From contig JAZDMQ010000088.1 in NCBI GenBank assembly GCA_043800755.1, positions 1-39,624 of the forward strand: a stretch of 39,624 bases of DNA. Reading direction: 5' to 3'. Under the pieces are notes generated by a model. That model was not told where the DNA came from and searched no databases. It worked only from the letters and a program-made list of their open reading frames with translations. The stretch comes from a bacterium (GTDB lineage Bacteria > Methylomirabilota > Methylomirabilia > CAVQYV01). The position numbers were made by a program, and so were the translations under genes. How positions within the stretch are numbered: position 1 is the stretch's first letter; each line of letters opens with the position of its first letter. Positions 1-8,416 of this stretch are shown in pieces.

Positions 1-1137
1 CAGGACATTGGTGGTCCGAATCCGCCTCCAGTGGCGGAGAGGGAACCGGTAGTAGGTCCAACAGGCCTCCAGGTCTCGTTGCAGGCACTCCACTGCCGAG
101 GGGAAGCGCTTGGCATAGGCCCGCTTGAAGAGCACCAGGGCCTCTTGGGCCTGCGCCAAAGTGGGGGCATACAAGACCCACCGAGCCGCATCCCCTACCT
201 CGCCCCCTGTCTGCGTGCGGCCACGCACAGGCAGGTGGCACCCTTTGGGGACCTTCTCCAGGACATTAGCCAGCTTGTGCTTGGTGCAGTGCTGGCGGAG
301 GATTTCCGGAAAATGCGCCTCGACGGCTGCCAGCAATCCTCCTCCCCCATCCGTGATGACCAGGACCGGCTCAGGCAGGCCCCGGCGCTTCAGATCCTCC
401 AAGAGATCCGTCCAGGCCCGGGTGGATTCTCGGCTCCCCAGGGCCACGGACAGGACCTCCCGCCTGTCTGCGTGCAACGCACAGGCAGAGCGTCCATCGG
501 CCAGGACGGCGTGGGCCACCAGGACCGCCTCCTTCTCCCGGGTCCCTTTGCGGACTCCCAGGCGGATCCCGTCCAGGAAGAGATAGACCACCTCCAGCGG
601 GGAGAGATCCCGTTGGCGCCAAGTGACAAAGGCCTCCACCAGCCTCTGGGTCAGACGCACCACGGTCGTCTTGCTCAAACCTCGCTGGCCCCACAGCTTG
701 CCGAGGGCCTTCCGCACTCGTCGGGTGGAGAGCCCATGGAGGTAGAGCAGCGGGATGGCCTCCTCCAGCTCCCGCATGCGGGTGAGGTAGGGCGGAAGCA
801 GCCCAGAGTGGAACGGCTGTCCCGCTCCCCGCACTTGCGGCATGGCGATCGTCACATCCCCGCCGGCCACCTTCACGGTCCGAGGCTTGCTTCCATTGCG
901 CCAGATCGAGGAACCTCCCGGTCGGCGCTCATACCAGTCTCGCCTAAGGAACGCCATCACCTCCTCTTCCAGGGCTACCTGGAGCATCAGTCGGGCACCC
1001 CATTGGGTGATCCAGGCCAGGGGATGCTGACTGGTCGTGATTTGCATGGCGGCCTCCACCAGCTGAGCCGCTTTGCGAGGCAGCTTCCTCACCTTCTGCG
1101 TGACTTGCCAGGGAATTTGTGTTACAATCTTGGTCAT
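1..1137 (-). CDS. IS256 (Mutator) family DDE transposase, 3' end outside window
   Basis: Manually translated minus frame is open from ATG 1137 to base 1 with no stop: MTKIVTQIPWQ...RNGSKPRTVK...LYLHGLSTRRV...YLFLDGI (D1, 571-573)...VITDG (D2, 349-351)...HCTKH (CxxH)...RIRTTNVL. Not in the ORF track because it has no stop inside the window. Confidence 0.95.
   Translation of the reverse strand, partial: MTKIVTQIPWQVTQKVRKLPRKAAQLVEAAMQITTSQHPLAWITQWGARLMLQVALEEEVMAFLRRDWYERRPGGSSIWRNGSKPRTVKVAGGDVTIAMPQVRGAGQPFHSGLLPPYLTRMRELEEAIPLLYLHGLSTRRVRKALGKLWGQRGLSKTTVVRLTQRLVEAFVTWRQRDLSPLEVVYLFLDGIRLGVRKGTREKEAVLVAHAVLADGRSACALHADRREVLSVALGSRESTRAWTDLLEDLKRRGLPEPVLVITDGGGGLLAAVEAHFPEILRQHCTKHKLANVLEKVPKGCHLPVRGRTQTGGEVGDAARWVLYAPTLAQAQEALVLFKRAYAKRFPSAVECLQRDLEACWTYYRFPLRHWRRIRTTNVL
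206..235. repeat. 30-bp imperfect palindromic mini-element, in-frame inside the transposase
   Basis: CCTGTCTGCGTGCGGCCACGCACAGGCAGG. Reads LPVRGRTQTG on the minus strand; removing it gives KVPKGCQGEVGDAAR. Confidence 0.85.
463..489. repeat. 27-bp imperfect palindromic mini-element, in-frame inside the transposase
   Basis: CCTGTCTGCGTGCAACGCACAGGCAGA. Reads SACALHADR; removing it restores the family-typical ADGRREVL. Confidence 0.85.
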
Positions 1138-1198
1138 AGGGGTAAACCTCCTTCTGCCCATCTGGGCGGTTGTTTTCTCCAGGAGGATCTTACCCCTT
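1138..1198 (-). promoter_or_regulatory. RBS-sequestering hairpin in the transposase leader
   Basis: Minus strand AGGGGTAA-GAT-CCTCCT ... AGGAGG-T-TTACCCCT-ATG: the SD and the bases just before ATG pair with the upstream arm. An inner GCCCAGATGGGC hairpin lies in the loop. Confidence 0.7.
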
Positions 1199-1376
1199 TT
1201 TGCTTTTACAGAAAAGAGGGTACGCTATCCATGTCGCCCATCGAATCCACTTCAAGAGTGATGGAGAGACTTGCCGCGAGGAGAGTTTAGGCCGGGGAAA
1301 AGGGACGGAGAGTAGTGGGATATGAAAAGGCCGCGGATTAATTTAGATATCTCTTTAACTATTGCACATAACATTC

Positions 1377-3095
1377 CTAAACTAAATTGTTTTCAAAATA
1401 GGCTAATACATCCTCGACCGCAAAGGGCAAGCCGTCGTATTTGAGGACTTGCTTTCTTGCTTCCACGCCCAGATGGAGTCTGAGCAGCTTACCGAATTGG
1501 GAAGTGGCGTTATTCTCGACGACAATGATTTCCTTTGCCTTGGTAAAGTACTCTGCCACACCCAAAGGCAACGGATAAACCTGCTTGAAATGGAGAAACC
1601 CGACATCATCCCTACCAAGTACGTCCAATGCCTCCTTGATGACATGATAGGTTGAACCCCACCCGACTACCAAAGTTCGGTAGTTTTCCTTTCCCACCAA
1701 CTCCGGGAGAATAACCTCATTCCTAATCAAATCTAATTTCTTTAGCCGTTTTTTTACCATCTGGGATCTCAATTCCGGATCTTCGGTAATGTGCCCACTT
1801 TCATCGTGTTCATCGCTATCTACTGCAATAAGGCCACTGCCAAATCCGGGGATTCCCCGGCTTGAGATCCCGCTCTCGGTCATCTTGTATCTCTGGTAAT
1901 CTTCATCCGCCTCCACGACATACTTCTCCACCGCAACCTTGGACAAATCGAAAGAAGGAATATTATAGAATGAATCCATCAGGAGCTGATCTGTAAGTAG
2001 AATGACCGGAGTCTGGTGTCTGTCCGCCAGGTTGAAGGCCCTTTGCGTCAGATAGAAGGCGTCCTGCAGGGTTCCGGGGGCGAAGATGATCCGCGGGAAT
2101 TCGCCGTGACCCGCATAAATCGCAAGCTCTAGGTCAGCCTGTTCCGTCCTAGTGGGCAATCCGGTGGCTGGACCGGGCCGTTGCGCGAGGTGGATTACCA
2201 TGGGGCTTTCTATCATCCCGGCTAGACTGATGGCCTCTGTCATCAAAGAAAACCCGCCGCCGGAAGTAGAGACCATGGCCCTGGCACCTGCATACCAAGC
2301 CCCCAGACACATGTTTATGGCGCTAATTTCGTCTTCGGCTTGTTCCACGATGATTCCGAGGTCTTGAGATTGTTGAGCGAGGTAAGTGAAGACTCCGGTC
2401 GAGGGGGACATTGGATATGAAGAGACAAAGTTGCAGCCTCCCGCGATGGCACCAAGTGCTACTGCCTCGCTACCATTCAAGAAGATCTCTTGCGTGACCT
2501 GAGGGGTCTTGGGAATGTTAATCTCAATCCTTTCGGATTGGGCCACGCTTAATCCTATCTCATAGCCTTTACTAGCTGCCTGCAAGTTCTTCCTAATAAC
2601 GTCCTCGTTCTTGGCAGAGAAGTGTTGTCTCACACAATGATCGAGATTTGCGCGGTCAATGTGGAATAGGGCAGAAACGGCTCCCACCGCTACCGTATTG
2701 GCGAATACGGCATTCCCCACCTCTAACGCAATCTGAGAATAGGGGATATCAACCATCGGGAGGTCGGTCATGAGTCTTCCCCTGTCCCCTAGAATCATTG
2801 TCTTCTTCCCGATTCTCTTCTGCAAGTGAGGAATGGCGTCCTTATCCAACGGGACCAACAGGTCTATTTTGTCGACGTGGGCGGCCACCCTTCTCCCGGA
2901 TACTCTAATCTCGGACGAATTGCTCCCGCCGCGAATGCGCGACATGTACTCTTTAGTGGCAAAGACATTATAGCCCTCGGCCTTCAGTACTCTTGTTAAG
3001 AGATATTCAACCGTCTGTATCCCTTGTCCCGCCTCGCCACCGAGCACTATTGAGATGAAGTCTTCAAATTTCCACGCCGAGATCGGTGCATTCAT
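1377..3095 (-). CDS. 2-oxoacid:ferredoxin oxidoreductase subunit alpha (gamma-alpha fusion, KorA type)
   Basis: GGEAGQGIQ, EYMSRIRGG, YPMSPST, EQAEDEI, TSGGGFSLM and QRPGPATGLPT motifs; 572 aa. Confidence 0.95.
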   Translation of the reverse strand: MNAPISAWKFEDFISIVLGGEAGQGIQTVEYLLTRVLKAEGYNVFATKEYMSRIRGGSNSSEIRVSGRRVAAHVDKIDLLVPLDKDAIPHLQKRIGKKTMILGDRGRLMTDLPMVDIPYSQIALEVGNAVFANTVAVGAVSALFHIDRANLDHCVRQHFSAKNEDVIRKNLQAASKGYEIGLSVAQSERIEINIPKTPQVTQEIFLNGSEAVALGAIAGGCNFVSSYPMSPSTGVFTYLAQQSQDLGIIVEQAEDEISAINMCLGAWYAGARAMVSTSGGGFSLMTEAISLAGMIESPMVIHLAQRPGPATGLPTRTEQADLELAIYAGHGEFPRIIFAPGTLQDAFYLTQRAFNLADRHQTPVILLTDQLLMDSFYNIPSFDLSKVAVEKYVVEADEDYQRYKMTESGISSRGIPGFGSGLIAVDSDEHDESGHITEDPELRSQMVKKRLKKLDLIRNEVILPELVGKENYRTLVVGWGSTYHVIKEALDVLGRDDVGFLHFKQVYPLPLGVAEYFTKAKEIIVVENNATSQFGKLLRLHLGVEARKQVLKYDGLPFAVEDVLAYFENNLV

Positions 3096-3169
3096 GAAAT
3101 TTCCTATTCACCTAAGGGGGAGGATTCTCCCCCTTCTTCCGATACTTCTGGACCCATCCTGCTCATCAT

Positions 3170-3405
3170 TGGAAACTGCCCCTTCAATCCCAAGATCCGA
3201 CATGAGGCCTGGGACAGGTAAAGCAAGCTGGGGCCAATGCATTCCCGGCCACAAAGCCGCCCCCATGTCGGCAATGGCCACATCATCCTCATATTCTTCG
3301 CCAGAGAAGAGATTGATCATCGAGGCATCCATCAAGGGGAGGATATGTGGTACCCTCAGGCCTCGGGCTACATCGATTCGCTCTGGCAGGCGGTTCGTGA
3401 CTTAT
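3170..3405 (-). pseudogene. Adenine deaminase (Ade/AdeC-like) relic with large internal deletion
   Basis: N-terminal-like ERIDVARGLRVPHILPLMDASMINLFSGEEYEDDVAIAD joined at ~3266 to C-terminal-like MG(G)GFVAGNALA/LALPVPGLMSDLGIE, with frameshifts. SD GGGGAGG (3412-3418) is followed by ATA instead of ATG. Confidence 0.7.
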
Positions 3406-3443
3406 GGAAATCCTCCCCATTCGTGAAGTTGGCAGGGAACCCT

Positions 3444-3746
3444 TCACTCGTGAAACCTGATGGAGAAGTCCCGAAACCTCCCTCGATATTCCGCCCAATT
3501 GACTTGGACTTCTTCAATCCAAGAGAGTGGCGTCCCCTTTTTCAACTCCTCCACCAGAAGAGAAAGGGCCTCTTGAGTTCCTTCCGCCGACACCTTTACT
3601 CTCCCATCTTGAAGATTCATGACATACCCTGTAAGACTGTATCTCTGGGCAGCTCTTTGGGCGAAAAAGCGAAATCCCACCCCTTGGACCGCGCCAGAAA
3701 TAATCAACTCCAAAGATGCCCAGCCTAATTGCCTTTGATTGATCAT
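3444..3746 (-). CDS. acyP: Acylphosphatase
   Basis: IISGAVQGVGFR and GYVMNLQDGRV signatures. Start trimmed to ATG 3746 because the upstream part of the 204-aa ORF runs across the att site. Confidence 0.92.
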   Translation of the reverse strand: MINQRQLGWASLELIISGAVQGVGFRFFAQRAAQRYSLTGYVMNLQDGRVKVSAEGTQEALSLLVEELKKGTPLSWIEEVQVNWAEYRGRFRDFSIRFHE

Positions 3747-3893
3747 GAAACGCCTTTTTTCGGGGAGGAATGACCACCTTGGTTCAAGGCGTCGGTAAGT
3801 CACGTCTTCCGCATTCGGATTCAACTCGGAGCGAAATTGAAAAGAAGGTAGGAGTACAGAAAATCCCTTTTTTCGATTTGAAGCGGACCTGAG

Positions 3894-3944
3894 AAAGATT
3901 GCTCGGGGCGATTGGATTTGAACCAACGACCCCTTGCTTCCGAA
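3894..3944 (-). repeat. att direct repeat (displaced 3' half of tRNA-Pro CGG)
   Basis: 51-bp copy of 5824-5874 with 2 mismatches (3902, 3939), spanning the anticodon loop to 6 nt past CCA. Confidence 0.92.
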
Positions 3945-3973
3945 AAAACAAAGCCTTGGGACACTTACTCCGC

Positions 3974-3986
3974 TAACCCTCTGATT
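3974..3986 (-). promoter_or_regulatory. Putative IHF binding site near the left att
   Basis: Minus strand AATCAGAGGGTTA matches WATCARNNNNTTR. Confidence 0.5.
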
Positions 3987-4087
3987 TGAAAGAGCTTTCT
4001 GGCCCCTGCCGGCGATATCTGATTTTAGCAAAGTATAAATCAAAATGCTTGAAATCAAAAGAGTTTTCTGAGGACAATTTATTCAGT

Positions 4088-4109
4088 AGTGAGAAAATAG
4101 TAAGAGATT
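4088..4109 (+). repeat. Putative integrase arm-type sites (2 x 11 bp, degenerate)
   Basis: AGTGAGAAAAT AGTAAGAGATT, similar to the AGTAAGAAATG x2 at 5742-5763. Confidence 0.55.
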
Positions 4110-4645
4110 TTGTCCGGGGAAAGGCATTCGTCTCCGCTCTCCCCCCCTTGCTTTCCCGTGGAAGTTATCGACAAAGGACTACTCCCCTGCCCTTCCCCTT
4201 CCTGATGGTCTTTGAGGTGGGCATTGGGATGGAAAAAGGGGACGGAAATTGGCCCGATTTCCGGACCAGAAGGACCAGCAAGGCAAGATCTCCGGCCGGG
4301 GATACTTCGGGGGCCTGGGATTCTGGGGGTGAGCAAAGAGGGGGGAATGAACCGGGTTTTGAAAGCAAAAAAGACGGATGAAAAGGAAGAAAGGAGGGCG
4401 GCAATAAAGGAGAGGAAGATGAGGAACAGGACGAGACGATGGCGACGATAGGAGAATCGGGTCAGGGAGCCCAGTACTTCCCTCCGCCTCCCTAGGTTTT
4501 CGGGTCACGGGTCGCTCGATCGCCCCTCAGGAGACCCCTTTCCCGGGAAGGGACCTATCACCTCTCCAGAGGAAGATCTTGCCTCTGGGAAGCGCTAACG
4601 GGCCGAATTCCGGGCAAGATTTCACACTTGAATCTTTGAAAGGAG

Positions 4646-5753
4646 GTGAGCAATTGCGGGTCAATACCAAAAGACCATTTACCTGAGGATATTCAGGTAT
4701 GTGAGGAAGAGCCGGACCGTTTACGGAATCGATTATTATACTGGAGGGAAGAAGCATCGGGAGATCGTTGGCCCTCTCCTGACGGAAGCCCGGCAGAGAA
4801 GTTAGAAGAACGGATGGCCATGGCCAAGAGGGGCGGATTCATCTCCTTAGCCAGGCAGCGAAGAATCACCTTTCGGAAGTTCGCCGACAAAACGCCGAGA
4901 TTCAAGGGAGAGGAGCCTATTTTGAGGGATCCCAGAGGTATTTCCTAAAGGCGCTGCTGGAGTTCTTCGCCCACAAGACGCTCTGCCAGATTGCCCCGCT
5001 CGACACCGAGGATTTCAAGAAGAGGCGAAAGGAGACTCCCCTTCGCTCCGGCAAGCCGCGATGCGAGGCCTCCGTGAATCGGGAACTCGAACCCCCCCCG
5101 GCACTTGTTCAATAAGGCCGGGGAGTAGGGAATGATGGAGGAAAACCCCTTCAGTAAGTCCACGCAGCCGATCTTCTTTGAAGAGAGAAACGATCGCTGC
5201 CGGTGCCTGAGCGAGGAGGAGATCCGGAAACTCCTGGCCGCCTGCCCTGCTTACCTGAGGAACATCGTTCAGGTTGCCTTGCTTACGGGCCTCCGGAAGA
5301 ACGATCTGCTCCGGCTCAAGTGGAGCGATATCGGCTTGGAGAGACGGATCCTCTACTTCAAAGAGCAGAAGAAGAGAAGCAAGCGGGGGGGGCGAAGGTG
5401 CTAAACGGCGACCTGGTGGACCTATTGAAGAGGATCGGTCAGAACGGAAGCGAGTACATCTTTACCGGGCGCTACGGCGAACCCTTGAAGGACGTGAAGA
5501 AGGCTTTCAAGACAACCTTGAAGAAGGCCGGGATCGCCGATTTCCGCTTTCACGATCTGAGGCACGCCTCCGTGCCTCTTATCTGATGATGCGGGGGACG
5601 TCCATGAAGTCTGTCCAGGAGCACCTAGGCCACACTTCAGTGGCCATGACCGAGAGGTATTCTCATTTGAGCCCGGAGTATATGAGGTCAGAGGTGGAGC
5701 GGCTGAATGGATTATGTATGGTGGGGATGGAGGAGGCGGATAGTAAGAAATGA
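4646..5753 (+). pseudogene. Tyrosine recombinase/phage integrase, frameshifted
   Basis: Fragments in several frames: VYGIDYYTGGKKHREIVG, ASVNREL, premature TAG near 5126, ALLTGLRKNDLLRLKW (R), FRFHDLRH (HxxR), HLGH...MTERYSH (H, Y). SD AAGGAGG at ~4640. Confidence 0.93.
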
Positions 5754-5763
5754 GTAAGAAATG
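5742..5763 (+). repeat. Putative integrase arm-type sites (perfect tandem 11-mer)
   Basis: AGTAAGAAATG AGTAAGAAATG overlapping the integrase stop, ~60 bp from the att core. Confidence 0.6.
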
Positions 5764-5802
5764 CCCGGATGGTCAACCTTCTACTACGACCTAATTTCCT
5801 TC

Positions 5803-5815
5803 TAAGTGCTTGATA
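5803..5815 (-). promoter_or_regulatory. Putative IHF binding site near the tRNA-side att
   Basis: Minus strand TATCAAGCACTTA matches WATCAANNNNTTR exactly and lies between the arm repeats and the core. Confidence 0.55.
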
Positions 5816-5829
5816 TTCCTGCAAAAGAT

Positions 5830-5907
<78 letters not shown>

Positions 5908-5909
5908 CA

Positions 5910-6551
5910 TTAATCCTTCCATCCATGATCCCCGATTAGCTTGACAAACACGCATCCTGTGAGGTTAGACTGGTGGTAGTCATTTCCTTTCCGAACGATT
6001 TTGGTCAATGATTGGGAAAATTCGTCACCAATCGGGATAATGAGTCTTCCTCCCTCAGTGAGTTGCTGCATCAATGCCATTGGAACGCTGGGAGCCCCGG
6101 CTGTCACCAAGATTCCTTCGAAGGGAGCTTCCTCTTTCCATCCGTTGCTTCCATCCCCCACTTTGATAAGTAAATTGGGATATCCCAGGCACCTCAAGAT
6201 TCTCTCCGCCCTCTCCGCCAAAAGCTTGATCCGCTCAATAGAAAAGACCTTTGCACAAAGCTCAGCCAATATACCTGTCTGATAACCTGACCCGGTGCCT
6301 ATTTCGAGTACCCTATCTTTTGGTCCTGGGTCGAGAGCCTCGGTCATCAAGGCCACCATATAAGGCTGAGAAATGGTTTGCTTCTCCCCAATGGGCAACG
6401 GGTAATCCCCATACGCCCTTCCAGCAAAGGCCTCTTCCACAAATAGGTGTCTCGGAACCTTACGCATTGCGGCGAGTACGCCTGCGTTTTGGATGCCTCG
6501 GCCAAGGATCTGTTCCGCGACCATTCTCTCTCTTGATATCTCGTAATTCAC
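5910..6551 (-). CDS. pcm: Protein-L-isoaspartate O-methyltransferase
   Basis: [27 protein letters not shown]; follows surE. Confidence 0.96.
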   Translation of the reverse strand: MNYEISRERMVAEQILGRGIQNAGVLAAMRKVPRHLFVEEAFAGRAYGDYPLPIGEKQTISQPYMVALMTEALDPGPKDRVLEIGTGSGYQTGILAELCAKVFSIERIKLLAERAERILRCLGYPNLLIKVGDGSNGWKEEAPFEGILVTAGAPSVPMALMQQLTEGGRLIIPIGDEFSQSLTKIVRKGNDYHQSNLTGCVFVKLIGDHGWKD

Positions 6552-6632
6552 TCTTATCCCGCGAAAAGGCTGGGGGGTGCCTTCATCTCAAGGGCTCCTT
6601 CCTCAAGGCGAATTACCCGCCAGACTCCGTCC

Positions 6633-7394
6633 TTATTTCGACATGGGGTTGAACCCGATTTTCCATCGTTTCATCTCATCTGCCAACCTATAGTCAGTGA
6701 GGTCCAGGTGCAAAGGAGTTACCGAGATCATGTTTTGGGCAATGGCCTCGATGTCAGTTCCCTCTTTGTGTTCCCAGTTGTGGTCGCCCCCCCCGAACCA
6801 ATAATAGGGCCTTCCGCGGGGATCGATCTTTTCCAAGACCGTTTCGCTGTAGTGCCTCCTCCCCAAGGTGGTGATTTTCACCCCTTTAATCTCGGCGTGG
6901 GGGAGGTTGGGAGAATTGACATTCAATAGGGTGTAGGGAGGGAGGCCGTGCTCACAAATCGTTTGAGCTAAAGCCCAAGAGAACTCTGCGGCGGCCTCAA
7001 ATCGATAATCACCGCTTGCAACCAAGGAAACTGCGAAGGAGGGAATTCTCAATAATGCTGCTTCCATAGCGGCGGAGACGGTCCCTGAGTAGGTGATATC
7101 GTCTCCCAGGTTTTGCCCCATATTGATTCCTGTGACTACCAAGTCAGGCCTTGATTTAAGAATCTTCAAGACACCTAAAGCGATACAATCAGTGGGGGTG
7201 CCATCGATCGCAAAAGTACGCTCCTCCAACTGGGTGATCCGAAGAGGAATGTCTAGTGTGAGTGAGTGGCCAACGGCACTCCTCTCCCGATCAGGGGCAA
7301 CGACAAAGACCTCCCCCAACCGCGCAAGACTCCTCCCCAACGACCTTAATCCCTCTGAGTGAACGCCATCGTCATTACTGACCAAGATCAACAA
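6633..7394 (-). CDS. surE: 5'/3'-nucleotidase SurE
   Basis: ILVSNDDG, GTPTDC, YSGTVSAAME. Confidence 0.97.
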   Translation of the reverse strand: MLILVSNDDGVHSEGLRSLGRSLARLGEVFVVAPDRERSAVGHSLTLDIPLRITQLEERTFAIDGTPTDCIALGVLKILKSRPDLVVTGINMGQNLGDDITYSGTVSAAMEAALLRIPSFAVSLVASGDYRFEAAAEFSWALAQTICEHGLPPYTLLNVNSPNLPHAEIKGVKITTLGRRHYSETVLEKIDPRGRPYYWFGGGDHNWEHKEGTDIEAIAQNMISVTPLHLDLTDYRLADEMKRWKIGFNPMSK

Positions 7395-7579
7395 GTCATC
7401 CCCACTCCTGCAGAGAAATCGCGGATCTTTTCCGTCTGCTCAGTAAACCGATGGTTAGATTCGGCCTTATCGAGCCTCCGGAAAGGCCGATCTCCCAGAT
7501 TCCGATCAGGAATTTCCAATGACAGGCAAGGCTACGGAAGGCGGGACAATGGTGGGCAAGATGGATCATGATTGCGAAT

Positions 7580-7658
<79 letters not shown>

Positions 7659-7662
7659 AGGT

Positions 7663-8055
7663 TCAATCTTTGTTGTTTAGGATGCAAGTGATTCTCTCGA
7701 GCCCTTCCCTGATAATCCTCAGCGATCCCAGGATATCTTCCTGCTTTTGATTTCTCCCCTTGGATGCGCCTCGCCTTTCCGGTTGGGAACGAAATCTCGC
7801 TTTTGCACCCGCGATAGTAAATCCGTCGCGGTAAAGAAGCTGCTTGATCTGAAAAACCGTCTCTACATCTTTCTTCCGATAAAGCCTTTGACCGCTCCTG
7901 CTCTTCTTGGGTTGGAGGATTTCAAATTCTGTTTCCCAATAACGCAGAATGTAAGCGGCAATCCCCGTTAGCCGGGATACCTCGCCGATTTTATAAAAGA
8001 GTTTATCAGGAAGGTGGACACTCTCCGAAGCAACAGGAGGATGCCGGCGCATCAT
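7663..8055 (-). CDS. MerR-family HTH regulator (ihf-linked type)
   Basis: [12 protein letters not shown]...LRYWETEF...GQRLYR...GFTIAGA; ATGA overlap with the IHF/HU gene. Confidence 0.92.
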   Translation of the reverse strand: MMRRHPPVASESVHLPDKLFYKIGEVSRLTGIAAYILRYWETEFEILQPKKSRSGQRLYRKKDVETVFQIKQLLYRDGFTIAGAKARFRSQPERRGASKGRNQKQEDILGSLRIIREGLERITCILNNKD

Positions 8056-8333
8056 TTACTCTTGGCATTTACAGCCTGGAAAAGGGCCTTTCCAGGCTTG
8101 AACTTCAATACTTTTCTCGCCGAAATAGTGATTTCCTTGCCGGTCTGGGGATTTCTCCCTTTTCTTGCCTTCTTAAACCGCACCTGAAAACTGCCGAAGC
8201 CAACTAGCTGAACCTTCTCCCCTCGCTTGAGCGCTTTTTTCATTACCTCAAGGGTGGACTCGATGGCCTCCATGGCTTGTTTCTTGGTGAGGCCTTTCTC
8301 GGCCACTAAAGCTGCAATATCTGCCTTGGTCAT
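8052..8333 (-). CDS. HU/IHF family DNA-binding protein, likely IHF alpha by synteny
   Basis: MTKADI...GFGSF...RKGRNPQTG...FKPG; start trimmed to ATG 8333. Confidence 0.93.
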   Translation of the reverse strand: MTKADIAALVAEKGLTKKQAMEAIESTLEVMKKALKRGEKVQLVGFGSFQVRFKKARKGRNPQTGKEITISARKVLKFKPGKALFQAVNAKSK

Positions 8334-8416
8334 AATATTTTTCTCCTCTTCGTCGCAAGCGGCGAGCCCTGTTTGTTGAGTTGGACCTGGGCATCGTAAT
8401 ACCAAGAAATGGTCAA

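Larger units (their letters stand above)
1..1229 (-). mobile_element. IS256-family insertion sequence (one end inside the window)
   Basis: Transposase plus an end sequence TTTACAGAAAAGAGGGTACGCTATC (~1205-1229) resembling IS256-family terminal repeats; visibly more GC-rich than the flank. The other end is outside the window, so no TSD can be checked. Confidence 0.85.

Noticed and set aside
31..1290. 419-aa plus-strand ORF
   Set aside because: Codon-aligned antisense shadow of the GC-rich IS256 transposase; no recognisable motifs.
3894..3944. A third tRNA-Pro gene
   Set aside because: Only the 3' half is present, CCA is mutated, and there is no D-arm or 5' acceptor strand; it is an att copy.
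3747..4058. N-terminal extension of acylphosphatase (204-aa ORF)
   Set aside because: Crosses the att repeat and non-coding DNA; the family domain is ~100 aa starting at 3746.
7395..7579. Possible ncRNA or repeat between tRNA-Pro(GGG) and surE
   Set aside because: Only weak short hairpins; no recognisable family and no second copy in the window.
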